32,106 bases of DNA, taken from positions 1 to 32,106 of the IMG/VR virus record IMGVR_UViG_3300046383_000002; one strand, given 5' to 3'. Both the position numbers and the translations under genes were made by a program. Below are positions 15,990 to 25,532 of this stretch, piece after piece. The DNA comes from a virus (lineage: Duplodnaviria; Caudoviricetes). Each line of letters opens with the position of its first letter. The first letter of the stretch is position 1. The notes below the pieces were generated by a model that had not been told where the DNA came from, made no database searches, and saw only the letters and a list, made by a program, of their open reading frames with translations.

Positions 15990-18139
15990 TACGCTGAACC
16001 AAACTTTCTGCCTGTTCGGCGAAGAATTTCAGTCCCCAACGTATCAGCCATGCTTTTAACAGTTCCTGGATCCCAAACCCCGGAAACGTTCATGTTAATG
16101 GTTCCCAATGGGTGAGTTCCAGTCAACGGATGAAGTGGTGACGCGCCAAGAGAAAACTCATTAAGACGAAACGACGTATCTTCAACGGCCTTATTCAACC
16201 TACGGAGATCTTCGGCGCCCTTTTTAGTCGCGTCACCAAACTCGTTCGTGCCCTGCGTAGCCTTCTTTTCAGCATCCAGGAATTCATTGATGATTTGTTG
16301 CTGGCGTTCCAGAATCGGTTTTCCGTACGCCTCAAACTCCAGGAACAAAGCCTCAAGCCTTCTCTGCATGATGGCGAACGGCGACTCGTCGATGTTACCA
16401 CCTTGCAAGTTAACACCCGCGCGAGCCATGTTTGCTTCGCGAGCCTTCAACTCTGCGATAATCTGGTTATTAATTTCTGCCGTGATATCTTTTTCCAACT
16501 TAAGAATCTGGGCAGCGATCCGCTCGTGAATCTTGCCATACTCCTCAAGAACTCGCGTGCGGTCCTTTTCAGAGTTCAACTGTTCGAACGTAGATTTCGC
16601 GAGAGCGCGCTCTGATTCTTCCAATTGGCGAAGAAGCTCAATTTTACCACGGTCTCCGTAATTCCCAGAACTCTCCCGTTCTTGAATCTGAAGAATCTGA
16701 GATCGAATGCGAAACGTTGTCATTAGTTCGGCGTCTAGCTCCTTTAACCTTGCGATTCGCTCACGCTCAGCTTCAGCACTTTCCCGAACAAACATGTTAT
16801 ATGCTTTAAGCTGTTCAGTTGTGACCCCGATCTTCGCAGCATTCTTTTCGTTAAGTTCCCCGATCAAACGAAGCTCATCAAGCATCGTCATCATCTCAGG
16901 GGTAATCTCCTCAATCTGCTTTCTAAGGTTATCAATCCAGTCCTGACCAAATAATGGGGTATCTCCAGGAGCAGAAGGGGGCCTGGGGATATCCTTTGGA
17001 AGAAAGATATCTCTCTGGAATTTCGTCTGTCTAGCTAACGCTTCTTCTGCCGCAATGTTATAAGCTTGCCAGCCTCCAGCGGCATAAGCAAAAAAGGGAG
17101 TAAGCCCATCTTCAACAGCTTTTTGACTTGAATAGATGAACTTAGACGCCCATTCCGAAACCGTGACTCCAAGGTCCTTGTACATGCGAACGGTGTCAGA
17201 AAGAACCTTGATGTGGTCTTCATCAACATTCGCGGAGTCCTTAACCTGCTTGGTAAGTTCGGCGTACTTCTTCAAAAACGCGTCAACGTCCCCGAGACCA
17301 AGTCCAATAGCAACTTGCTGACGTTCAAGAGTTGAAGTAATCTTCGACAAGCCCTCAGCAATCATCCTAAACCGTTCATCCTGACCAACTTCAAAGATTT
17401 CGTTCAGGGTGAGGCCTAGCTTATGGAGCGAATCCACCGTTTCAGGACGAATCTGCGAAAGTTTCTCAGCAAGTTGCTCAATACCCTTCGCGATATCTTT
17501 TGTCGGAACATCGGCTCTTGCAGCCGCGCGCTCCCACTCATTGATAAGTTCGACGGAAACCCCACTTTTCTCACTAAGCTGAACCATCGCGTCAGCGGCT
17601 TGAAACAACCCAACGGTGAAATCGAATGTCGATTTCAGGGCGTAGAAAATCAGAAGGCGCTCAATCATCCTGGTGGCGAGAGCATCCATCTGACCCAATG
17701 CGGCAGAAGCCTGACCCGTGGCCGCCGCAACACCACCCATCGCGGTAGCCGTCGCTGCTGCTGCAGTTCTAGCGTTGTTCATCGCCGTCGTCGCCGCGGT
17801 TCCAGCTGTCGCAGCTTGAGTTGTAGCGTTCGCAGCGGCCCCCGCCGCCTGACCAGCTGCTGCAACCGTAGCAGCCGCTTGGGCTGAAGCAGCAGCTTGC
17901 TGAGTTGCCCAAGCCTGAGCTTGCTGTTGCGCCTGGTTCATCTGCATGGCAAGCGCGTTGATGTTAGCCTGAGCCAACACCATAGATTTCTGAATATCAG
18001 CACCAGCGGTAGTTGCAGCTCCGCCCGCGGCTCGAAATTGTTCTTGCAAATTGCGCAAGTTCGCCTGAGCCTCCTCCATTTTTTCCTGGAGGATCTTGAT
18101 GCGGATCGTGGCGTCTACTTCACCAGCGCTGATAGGCAT
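15989..18139 (-). CDS. Tape measure protein
   Basis: 716 aa, helical, Ala/Gln/Glu rich, with LSEKSGVSVE and a C-terminal INMNVSG. Follows the tail chaperone with a TAATG overlap. Confidence 0.85.
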   Translation of the reverse strand: MPISAGEVDATIRIKILQEKMEEAQANLRNLQEQFRAAGGAATTAGADIQKSMVLAQANINALAMQMNQAQQQAQAWATQQAAASAQAAATVAAAGQAAGAAANATTQAATAGTAATTAMNNARTAAAATATAMGGVAAATGQASAALGQMDALATRMIERLLIFYALKSTFDFTVGLFQAADAMVQLSEKSGVSVELINEWERAAARADVPTKDIAKGIEQLAEKLSQIRPETVDSLHKLGLTLNEIFEVGQDERFRMIAEGLSKITSTLERQQVAIGLGLGDVDAFLKKYAELTKQVKDSANVDEDHIKVLSDTVRMYKDLGVTVSEWASKFIYSSQKAVEDGLTPFFAYAAGGWQAYNIAAEEALARQTKFQRDIFLPKDIPRPPSAPGDTPLFGQDWIDNLRKQIEEITPEMMTMLDELRLIGELNEKNAAKIGVTTEQLKAYNMFVRESAEAERERIARLKELDAELMTTFRIRSQILQIQERESSGNYGDRGKIELLRQLEESERALAKSTFEQLNSEKDRTRVLEEYGKIHERIAAQILKLEKDITAEINNQIIAELKAREANMARAGVNLQGGNIDESPFAIMQRRLEALFLEFEAYGKPILERQQQIINEFLDAEKKATQGTNEFGDATKKGAEDLRRLNKAVEDTSFRLNEFSLGASPLHPLTGTHPLGTINMNVSGVWDPGTVKSMADTLGTEILRRTGRKFGSA

Positions 18140-18327
18140 TACGTTTGATGTTTAAGCCGCTCGAACTCCATCTCTTCCTGTTCCTCGTTCATGACGTTGA
18201 TGACCTCATTCACAACGGACATGGGGGTCGCCATAAGTTCTTGCCAGCTCCAACCCATATACTTCATTATGTAGATATCACTTCGACGTCTTCTTTTTGC
18301 TCCCGAGCTTTCTTCTTCGTTTTTTTT
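18139..18327 (-). CDS. -1 frame extension of the tail assembly chaperone (gpGT, about 183 aa from 18689)
   Basis: Slippery A AAA AAA at 18327-18321. The -1 frame reads ...SDIYIMKYMGWSWQELMATPMSVVNEVINVMNEEQEE...HQT* and its stop overlaps the tape measure ATG. Confidence 0.8.
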   Translation of the reverse strand, partial: KKNEEESSGAKRRRRSDIYIMKYMGWSWQELMATPMSVVNEVINVMNEEQEEMEFERLKHQT

Positions 18328-18689
18328 AGCTCGATGACTTTCATGATATGTTGAAAGATGGCGTCATTGATCTCATCGAAGGTTTCGAGATCAAGCGACC
18401 TGATCGCTTCAACGGTAACGGGAACAGCAACGATTTTCCCCTCACGATTCTTATTCGTGAAACTCCAGTCAACAAGCCAAAGATGGGTTCGAAGAACCTC
18501 ATAATTCGACCAGTCAACTCTATCACGAACTTCTTCTTTGTCACCAATCATGACAACGGTTGGAATTAAAGCAAGAGTATCTTGCTTGCGCTGATCACCA
18601 GCATCAAGCTCGCTCTTTACCTCTATCCAATCACCATCAGAAATGTCGATGCGGGTAGTTCCCGGGGTGACGAATCTGAATCTTCCCAC
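18267..18689 (-). CDS. Tail assembly chaperone (gpG)
   Basis: LVDWSF...TVEAIRSLD motif, position upstream of the tape measure, and the slippery site. Confidence 0.8.
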   Translation of the reverse strand: MGRFRFVTPGTTRIDISDGDWIEVKSELDAGDQRKQDTLALIPTVVMIGDKEEVRDRVDWSNYEVLRTHLWLVDWSFTNKNREGKIVAVPVTVEAIRSLDLETFDEINDAIFQHIMKVIELKKTKKKAREQKEDVEVIST

Positions 18690-18698
18690 GCGTGCCCC

Positions 18699-18992
18699 CT
18701 AAATTATGTCCGGATCCCCAATAAGTCTGAATTCTACGTTATCTTCAACTTTCAAATTAACAGCGTAGAAATCAACCTGTCTCCAAGTCCACCAAGAAGA
18801 ATTGAGCCTGAAAGATGCTTTCGTAATGACTCCATGAGACCAGAAGGGGCTCAAGTAGTCAACAACCCCCGTCCCCTGAACAGCAATGTTCCCCAAGGGT
18901 TCATCTTTCTTAATCAACTTCCACTGTCGTAAGGTAATGCCAACCCTGTACCCGACGTACAATTTTGCAACATTACCAGTAATCTCGACCAT
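18699..18992 (-). CDS. Hypothetical tail-region protein
   Basis: TAATG-coupled to the tail tube gene, 97 aa, beta-rich. Confidence 0.6.
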   Translation of the reverse strand: MVEITGNVAKLYVGYRVGITLRQWKLIKKDEPLGNIAVQGTGVVDYLSPFWSHGVITKASFRLNSSWWTWRQVDFYAVNLKVEDNVEFRLIGDPDII

Positions 18993-19393
18993 TACGTCGA
19001 GAGTAAGGCACCCTGTCCAGTTGCCTTGAAGCTTGAGCTCGCCTTGGTCGTCGTCGAACCTTCAGCGATTTTACCAAGCTGAATCCACGCCGTTCCGCTA
19101 TAGAACTGCGCAGGGACGTCAAATCGAGGATACAGGTAAAGGGTTTGCGGAACGGTGTCGATTGACGCCGTCCAGAGAGCCTTACTTCCGATGTCAAAGT
19201 TGCCTGCGAAGGTTCCTGTCCAACCTTGCAGACCTTTGACGAACTGTTTCCAGGAATTGACCAATGGCGTAGTATCAACGATCGCCATATCGAAGTCAAT
19301 TGACCAAGAAAGTTGTTCCCCGATAGGGATGGCGACACCACCGCCAGTAGGGGACATGTAGATAACCGCGCTCTTACCATGAATGTTGGGCAT
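18992..19393 (-). CDS. Tail tube (major tail) protein
   Basis: IHGKSAVIY...SWSID...VDTT...WKQFVKGLQGWTGTFAG...LYLYP...YSGTAW. ATG 19393 has an AAGGTGGAG SD, so the track's longer start at 19567 was rejected. Confidence 0.85.
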   Translation of the reverse strand: MPNIHGKSAVIYMSPTGGGVAIPIGEQLSWSIDFDMAIVDTTPLVNSWKQFVKGLQGWTGTFAGNFDIGSKALWTASIDTVPQTLYLYPRFDVPAQFYSGTAWIQLGKIAEGSTTTKASSSFKATGQGALLST

Positions 19394-20393
19394 TCGGATT
19401 CTCCACCTTTGCGTAATCGCAAATCGTTTTAACGACCTCCACCGCCCGGTGATCGAAGGTACATTCCTGAACCCACTCGTATGCTTCTTGAGCAAGTTCA
19501 GATCGTTTTTCTGGAAGTTGTAGATAATACCTAATTGTAGCTTCCCAATCTCTGGGATCTTTAACATACGGAACGCTGGAGTTGAACACGTTTACAAGTT
19601 CAGGTCTATAATCAGAAATCTGAAATGATTCACAAGCGGCGATTTCGTATGCCCGGGGACCCAAACTATACGCCTGGTTATCGGCGTAAGCTCGATGAAA
19701 ATTGATACAGATTTTCGAGCTTGAATAAAGTTCAGCGACCTTATCGTTAGGAACGACCGACTGATCTAGAAACGGGTAAAGATTGCTATCAGGTCCAATA
19801 TTCGGCCAGATTCCACACAGCTTGAGGCGAATATCTACCCAGTTAATATCTTCAAGAACCTTTTGTCTTTCAGGCCATCCTGAACCAACCATCATTACGT
19901 CATACTGAATCGGAGTATTAACGTGGTAGTGGATCTTGGGATCGTACGAATGAGGAACATACGTCCACCCAAACTTCTTAGCAGAGAATCGATCATTCGT
20001 CATGATCAGCATCTCAGGGTAGGTAGACGCCCACTCCTTTTGATATTCGTCCTCATACGGTGATTCGGTGAACAGTACCACCGTCGGGATTTTTGCCTTC
20101 TTTAACAACCACAAACTAATGGGGTGGAGGTTTAACCCTGAAACAACGAAAACGACATCTGCCTCAAAGTAAAGGGCCTCGTTCAAGATGTTTTCACTAG
20201 CAAACCTCGAAAGCAAAGCTACATCGTTTGAGATGTCAGGAGGAAGCGCCAATTTATGGTATGAAGTTCGTTGTTGAAGCGCGTAATCCTTGATGTTCTC
20301 TTCTCCGAAGATCTTGGAGAACGCGCTACGGTAGCCTCTCGCCACGTCCCCGATGGACATCTTAACGATCGGCCACACAAACAGGAGCTTCAC
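19374..20393 (-). CDS. GT-B glycosyltransferase (CgeB / Glyco_trans_1_2-like)
   Basis: FTESPYE, HSYDPKIH, YDVMMVGS...ER, YSSSKICINFHR, RAYEIAAC..FQISD and TFDHRA. Confidence 0.85.
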   Translation of the reverse strand: MKLLFVWPIVKMSIGDVARGYRSAFSKIFGEENIKDYALQQRTSYHKLALPPDISNDVALLSRFASENILNEALYFEADVVFVVSGLNLHPISLWLLKKAKIPTVVLFTESPYEDEYQKEWASTYPEMLIMTNDRFSAKKFGWTYVPHSYDPKIHYHVNTPIQYDVMMVGSGWPERQKVLEDINWVDIRLKLCGIWPNIGPDSNLYPFLDQSVVPNDKVAELYSSSKICINFHRAYADNQAYSLGPRAYEIAACESFQISDYRPELVNVFNSSVPYVKDPRDWEATIRYYLQLPEKRSELAQEAYEWVQECTFDHRAVEVVKTICDYAKVENPNAQHSW

Positions 20394-20542
20394 CGACGTT
20401 CGATTTCAGGAACAGGATTTGGTAACGGCACTTTTTCCTGCGGGGTCAATTGTACTTTCAGTGCATCTCGCTCCGCTTTTACGATAGCAAGCTGCAACAT
20501 CAAGTCCCCAAGCATTTGCCTGATATAGTCTTCCGGAGTCAT
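20390..20542 (-). CDS. Small coiled-coil protein (50 aa, not in the ORF track), possible fibre chaperone
   Basis: MTPEDYIRQMLGDLMLQLAIVKAERDALK... with AAGGA SD. Its stop overlaps the glycosyltransferase GTG. Confidence 0.65.
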   Translation of the reverse strand: MTPEDYIRQMLGDLMLQLAIVKAERDALKVQLTPQEKVPLPNPVPEIERR

Positions 20543-20550
20543 AGTTTTCC

Positions 20551-23205
20551 TTAAGGTTCAATCGCGATTTGAATCGCCGCGCCTGTATTGAACTGCACCA
20601 TCAGACGAGTCTTGCCCGCGCCGTTGTCTTCACACCACATAGCCATCCGGTCCGCTGGGGGCGTCGGTGGCGCGCCCGTGCGTTCCTGAAAGCGTATCGA
20701 ACTGCTCGTGCCAGCCATATCCAACTGACTCTGGATGTTAACCATCGCGCTATAAAAGGTGCCCATGCTGTAGACGACCCACCCGCCTTGCCCAATCTGC
20801 ACATCACCAAAACTGTTCGTGCAAATCAGGTTGTGGTCACCGGTCCCGGCGGGGTTTCGGAAGTTGATCCCCGTTGTGAGCGGTAACCGAATTAACCCAG
20901 TTTGTGCCGCGCTCGTTCCAACGGTCAAGGTCCCCACCGTATGACCAGCAAGCGCCGAATCATCAGCTAGTCGGGTTTCGAGAGTTGCGCCGTTGCGCTT
21001 GATCGCTGGGGCCGAAGCCGTTACGCCACCAAACTGAAGACGATCAAACCCAGACTCTGCCCAATTACTGATTCGCAAGCATCCAGCCACAGGAGCCCTG
21101 ATAATCGTCCGATTATTGAACCCGATATACATCGGGGCGCTATCAGTTCCAGCTCCAACAACGACAGTCGAAGAAGTTGTTAAGGTACCGCATTCCAGCG
21201 GGGCATAATCAGAATCATTTGCCAGGCGAGCTTGAAGAATCGTATTACTTCGCTTCAGCGCTGGAAACGAAGCGGAAGTTCCACCGAATTGAAGACGATC
21301 AAAACTTGTAGCTGCGCCATCGTACACGGTTAATACGCCAGTACTCGGAGAATTAAAGTACGCACGCGTACCTATACCGAGCCAGCCGTTCGCGCCGGCC
21401 GCAATCGTTCCTGTCAACGAACCAGAAATACCAGACGATCCTACCAGCGTCAAGCCATCACAAGTCAATAGCCCGGTGTTCATTTTTACGCCAACGTCAA
21501 CTTCATTTGAGGCGTTTACCTTAAGTATGTTGATGTCAGCTGTTCCTGCAGCATTTCGACCTGTCATGTAGACGTTATTGACCCCGAAAGCAATATTTCG
21601 ACACCGGAAATCAGCAAACGCGCTATCGTCAGCAAGTTTAACCTGAAGTTCAGCAGAAGATCGTTTCAATGCTGGAAAACTCGACGTCTGGCCACCAAAC
21701 TGTACACGGTCAAAAGTCGTCCGGTTACTGTTTGATAAAGTCAAAACACCGTCTGTTTGCATCCACAAACTGCCACGAACACCATCTCCACCAAAATTAA
21801 TCCCGTCCATCGGACGTGATGCATGGCAACCAACTTCTATTTGTTGCAAACACGACGCCCGATGAAACCAGAGATACCCACCATCTTGTCCAGTAACCGG
21901 CATATCTGGACCGCAGCCAATTTCTGCGTGATCCCCGTAGTTCATCGGTGCGTAGCCAGTTCCAGCCCACCGCAAAAACCGTCGATCAGGACCTGTGCCT
22001 TCTGGATAAGTGGCTACAGTCCCCCAAATCCAACGATCATCTTCAATTTTGATACCATCAGCACGAAATCGTGCAGCAAGAAGACTCCCATCCGTCCCTG
22101 CTCGAATATCGACAACAGATGTTGCATCACCCGCACCACTCGTCGACTTCAACGTCAACTTTGACGTTGCTCCTGAACCTCCCTGAACCGTTCCAACCGT
22201 TAAAGGATCAGGAATTCCAGCACCGCCACCAGACAATATGGCGACCTCACCATCACCAAACATGACTTTCAACTGTCCGTCTGCTTGGTCGACGTAGATC
22301 ATCGCCTTACCGGCTACTGGAGTCGGAGGCGTCACACCATCGAATACAACGCTCGCAACACGACCATCAATTGCGACCGGCCACGGCTCGACACCAGTAG
22401 TTCTAAAAATCGGACTGACTGGCGTAGAATTTCCCGCCCAGTAAACCGTCGGAAATGAATCAGCCCCAAATGCATAGAGTCCTTGCTGACCGTCTTCACC
22501 ATCGGCGAGAGCGCGCACGTCACCCGTTGTGATTCCGGTAAAGGGCCCTGACTGATACGCAAACGTACCTGTACCAGGAACTGACCACGACGCCAGATAC
22601 GTCGTCGCAGCAAATACAGGAACAGAAGCAGGGAACATCACTGTGTTGAACCCAGCTACCAATGACGACGCCGCAATTGCGGCTAGAAGCGTCCCTGTCG
22701 ATGACCAGATTTGAACACGATAACTTGATACCGGCCCCATTGGCGTATTGATAAAGAATCGAACACCAAGCAATTCTCCTGGAACAGTAAATCGATATTT
22801 CATGCCCATCGTGTAGATCGAACCGGGCGAACCCCCAATAAACGGCGGCGTATAGTTAACAAACTGCTGCGGACCTGGAGGCGCCCCAGCCACTTTCGGC
22901 CCGTACAAAGTTCCGGTTTGCGTATCAAGATAAAAGTCGCCAATATTACCAGTACCAACTGTAGGTACGCCCGCACCGTCTAAAATCGCTTGAACAGAAC
23001 CATCTCCATCTCCACCACCTTCACTTGACCACGAAACTCCATCATTCGAAGCTGAATCTTTGATGAGATAATAACCGTCAGGCTCAGCTCCGCCCAAGAC
23101 GCGGGTCAGGAGGTTCGAAACAGCGTTCCAGTCCGACGGACGAAGCTTCGTTACGTCGGGACCGTCGGGTTTACCAGAAACAAAGAGTGGAGGGGTAAGG
23201 CTCAT
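20551..23205 (-). CDS. Virion fibre protein with a DUF4082-like domain and internal repeats
   Basis: GxGVP...GDFYLDT...LYGPK motif, a DUF4082-like segment (MGMKYRF...GVRFF...IWSSTGTLLA) and three FDRxQFGG repeats. Confidence 0.75.
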   Translation of the reverse strand: MSLTPPLFVSGKPDGPDVTKLRPSDWNAVSNLLTRVLGGAEPDGYYLIKDSASNDGVSWSSEGGGDGDGSVQAILDGAGVPTVGTGNIGDFYLDTQTGTLYGPKVAGAPPGPQQFVNYTPPFIGGSPGSIYTMGMKYRFTVPGELLGVRFFINTPMGPVSSYRVQIWSSTGTLLAAIAASSLVAGFNTVMFPASVPVFAATTYLASWSVPGTGTFAYQSGPFTGITTGDVRALADGEDGQQGLYAFGADSFPTVYWAGNSTPVSPIFRTTGVEPWPVAIDGRVASVVFDGVTPPTPVAGKAMIYVDQADGQLKVMFGDGEVAILSGGGAGIPDPLTVGTVQGGSGATSKLTLKSTSGAGDATSVVDIRAGTDGSLLAARFRADGIKIEDDRWIWGTVATYPEGTGPDRRFLRWAGTGYAPMNYGDHAEIGCGPDMPVTGQDGGYLWFHRASCLQQIEVGCHASRPMDGINFGGDGVRGSLWMQTDGVLTLSNSNRTTFDRVQFGGQTSSFPALKRSSAELQVKLADDSAFADFRCRNIAFGVNNVYMTGRNAAGTADINILKVNASNEVDVGVKMNTGLLTCDGLTLVGSSGISGSLTGTIAAGANGWLGIGTRAYFNSPSTGVLTVYDGAATSFDRLQFGGTSASFPALKRSNTILQARLANDSDYAPLECGTLTTSSTVVVGAGTDSAPMYIGFNNRTIIRAPVAGCLRISNWAESGFDRLQFGGVTASAPAIKRNGATLETRLADDSALAGHTVGTLTVGTSAAQTGLIRLPLTTGINFRNPAGTGDHNLICTNSFGDVQIGQGGWVVYSMGTFYSAMVNIQSQLDMAGTSSSIRFQERTGAPPTPPADRMAMWCEDNGAGKTRLMVQFNTGAAIQIAIEP
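20953..21714 (-). repeat. Three dispersed 32-aa repeats in the fibre
   Basis: FDRxQFGGxxxSxPAxKRxxxxLxxxLAxDS at 21714-21619, 21303-21208 and 21048-20953. Confidence 0.85.
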
Positions 23206-23654
23206 AAGCCTGGATCAATCCAACCGTAATCAATGCCAGCCACGATTTCTTTGGTGACTTGGCAGTTAAATGCGTAATGTTCTCGGAAATTCTCATCGCT
23301 ACGAAGTCGAAACGGAGGCTGAAGCGGCTCAACCGCGAGGTACTTGACGCCCTTAAGAACCTGATTTGAGATACGCACAAGTGCATCTCGAGCGTTTACA
23401 GCCCGCTGGTAAGGACCAGTCGTGTCATCACGAACTCCTCGACAAAGAATTTGAATTCGGGGATACTCAAGTCGAATTGCCCGACCAAACGATGTAGAAT
23501 CCCCAAGAGACGGTTCATCCTGAATTCCTCCGTAAATCTGAACAATGATAACAGAACTCGGGTACGACTCCTTCATGGCTCCATAAAACAAATCGACGCC
23601 CATGGAGCCAACCCCGTTGAAGCTCAAGTATTCCGTTATCTCGTCGAGAACCAC
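23202..23654 (-). CDS. Tail terminator-like protein
   Basis: LDEITEYL...YGG...EYPRIQILCRG...LRSDENFR...FN. GAGG precedes GTG 23654. Confidence 0.7.
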   Translation of the reverse strand: MVLDEITEYLSFNGVGSMGVDLFYGAMKESYPSSVIIVQIYGGIQDEPSLGDSTSFGRAIRLEYPRIQILCRGVRDDTTGPYQRAVNARDALVRISNQVLKGVKYLAVEPLQPPFRLRSDENFREHYAFNCQVTKEIVAGIDYGWIDPGL

Positions 23655-23661
23655 GAAGCCC

Positions 23662-24285
23662 TCAGGCGTCAGGAGGAGGCTTAAGCGCGAAAACAAGAAA
23701 TTCGGGATTCATCTGCGAAACATTTCCAATAGCTGCAGCAATTCTCGGAATCACCGTTGGAACAGCCGCAAGAAATGGAATTTCAAGATACTTGGGACCT
23801 CCTCCACCGGGATGGTTAAACGTCAAGTCTTCGTGCTGAATCAACGCGTACTCACTTGGCGGCACGATGGTATGCAGCCCTGCGGTAGCGGACTCCGCCT
23901 CGTTCATAGCTTGAGTCGTTGAACCCTCACCAGTCGGAGGGGCCCCAAACCAGCAATAAAGCTGGGTAATCTGGATATCTTTACCAGGTTCGTAGTCGTC
24001 GCTACCACCCGAGGAGTTCAATTCACCCGTTCGAAACGGAACCAATCCGTCTTTCGCCGTGGCAATCACCTCAGCAAGAATCGAAGCTACCTCAAAGCCT
24101 GCTGCATCTTGCCACGCCATGGGTAGAAGTTTGATGTTCTCCATCAACGCTTCCATACCCCACAGCGAGTACCTGACCTCCGACCCCTCACTCCCCGACT
24201 TAAAATCATATTTCGGGGCTACGAAAGCGATCCCTCGCTGCCGTCGGTCAACGATTCCAGGAAGCGGCGGGAGCTTCTTAGCCAA
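23662..24285 (-). CDS. HK97 gp10-like tail completion/neck protein
   Basis: LVPFRTGELNSS and YALIQHEDLTFNHPGGGGPKYLEIPF. Confidence 0.75.
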   Translation of the reverse strand: MAKKLPPLPGIVDRRQRGIAFVAPKYDFKSGSEGSEVRYSLWGMEALMENIKLLPMAWQDAAGFEVASILAEVIATAKDGLVPFRTGELNSSGGSDDYEPGKDIQITQLYCWFGAPPTGEGSTTQAMNEAESATAGLHTIVPPSEYALIQHEDLTFNHPGGGGPKYLEIPFLAAVPTVIPRIAAAIGNVSQMNPEFLVFALKPPPDA

Positions 24286-24631
24286 TGATTATCGTGATGT
24301 GGTGAACTCCCTCCTCATCATTTTGCGGAATTACGCTGATGATGGGCGGGATGTTCGGGGTATAGTTGTTTGGCAAGATGATCTTATCTTTCACGCTGGG
24401 AACGATCGTCGTTCCCACGAACACCTTGCCGCGCGCCACGATCTGCCGACCTTCACGGTCAACAGCGATATGATTCTTGATCTCAATTCGAGCCGGATAG
24501 ACGACTCTCGCGTTGATGTCAGTATCCCCCGCGAAGTGCGTCTGACCACTGACGTCTGTTGAGACGTAAGGGTCGAGCGTAACCGTCTCCGGCATGAAAT
24601 CGAGGTAATCTTCGACTCGGGGAACGCCCAT
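24278..24631 (-). CDS. Head closure / head-tail joining protein
   Basis: Size, synteny and YPARIE...VDREGRQIVA...DKIILP. Confidence 0.65.
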   Translation of the reverse strand: MGVPRVEDYLDFMPETVTLDPYVSTDVSGQTHFAGDTDINARVVYPARIEIKNHIAVDREGRQIVARGKVFVGTTIVPSVKDKIILPNNYTPNIPPIISVIPQNDEEGVHHITIIIG

Positions 24632-25110
24632 TACAGTGTCGGATCAGGAGGGTTAGGTTGGGCGTTAGCGGGACCTGGGGCAGCAGGATTGTCGTCCAGA
24701 CCGCGGTAGAACTTCGGCCTCACCCAATCAGGATCGCCCTGAACGGCCTGTTTATCACTGACAGAAATACCACCACAGTACGGAATCTGGTGAGACGCCC
24801 CTCGCCCGCGGTAGATAACGGCAAGATCAGTGTAAAAGCCCGTATCATACGTGATATAGAATTCACTGATTCGCTTCGACTTGATAGCCCCAGCTTTCGC
24901 TACGAGGTTTTCGCAGCACATCGCCGCAGCCGTATAAGCGTTTTGTTCTTGAGTCTGGGTCCAGTCGATTTCCTCGTCCTGCATCAGTGGGCGCGTGGAA
25001 ATCGTATCTTGAATAAGAAAACGGATTTGATTGCGGACACCGACGGTGGAACCAGCATATGTTCCCACCGTCGGATCTTCGAACTTCGTTGGATCGTAAG
25101 TCCAAGCCAC
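24631..25110 (-). CDS. Head-tail adaptor/connector protein
   Basis: MAWTY...IRFLIQDT...LMQDEEI...YTAAA pattern and synteny. Confidence 0.7.
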   Translation of the reverse strand: MAWTYDPTKFEDPTVGTYAGSTVGVRNQIRFLIQDTISTRPLMQDEEIDWTQTQEQNAYTAAAMCCENLVAKAGAIKSKRISEFYITYDTGFYTDLAVIYRGRGASHQIPYCGGISVSDKQAVQGDPDWVRPKFYRGLDDNPAAPGPANAQPNPPDPTL

Positions 25111-25111
25111 G

Positions 25112-25528
25112 TTACGCCCCTACAAGGTCCACCTGGATGCTTGTCAACCCGGTATACGTTCCGGTTGACTTGTACTTCACCCTGTACTTGTTGCCCAACA
25201 AGCCGTTTAGGATAGTGTTGGAGGCGAGTGTCCCATCAGTCGGGGTAACCGCGGCAGCCAACGCGATATCTGACGAACATGCTGAGATCTTCGTCGCCGC
25301 CGCCGTTGTGAAATTGAAGTTCATGATATCGGTCCAGGAGGCCCCATTATCGATGCTCGTTTGAACATAAACATCGACCGTGGTTCCACCCGCGCCATAC
25401 AGGAACTTCGCCTGAACTGTGGCAAGTCGAATGGGAGCTGTGTTGGCCACCGATGGGCCAGCGGTGAGACCCACCGCGGCCCCAATGGTGGTTGCCGGCA
25501 AGAGCGTAAACCGACTTGGAATGCCCAT
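25112..25528 (-). CDS. Putative virion structural beta-sandwich protein
   Basis: TVDVYVQTSIDNGASWTDI...KYRVKY, located between capsid and adaptor genes. Confidence 0.6.
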   Translation of the reverse strand: MGIPSRFTLLPATTIGAAVGLTAGPSVANTAPIRLATVQAKFLYGAGGTTVDVYVQTSIDNGASWTDIMNFNFTTAAATKISACSSDIALAAAVTPTDGTLASNTILNGLLGNKYRVKYKSTGTYTGLTSIQVDLVGA

Positions 25529-25532
25529 GCTG

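Noticed and set aside
17690-17960. GCN-rich quasi-repeats
   Set aside because: Explained by the Ala/Thr/Gln-rich N-terminus of the tape measure protein. Not a CRISPR or DNA-level array.
19394-19567. N-terminal extension of the tail tube ORF
   Set aside because: Lies within the glycosyltransferase, and a good SD precedes ATG 19393.
10199-23205. Diversity-generating retroelement or invertible fibre cassette
   Set aside because: No reverse transcriptase or invertase, and the repeats are diverged protein-level repeats rather than adenine-specific TR/VR pairs.
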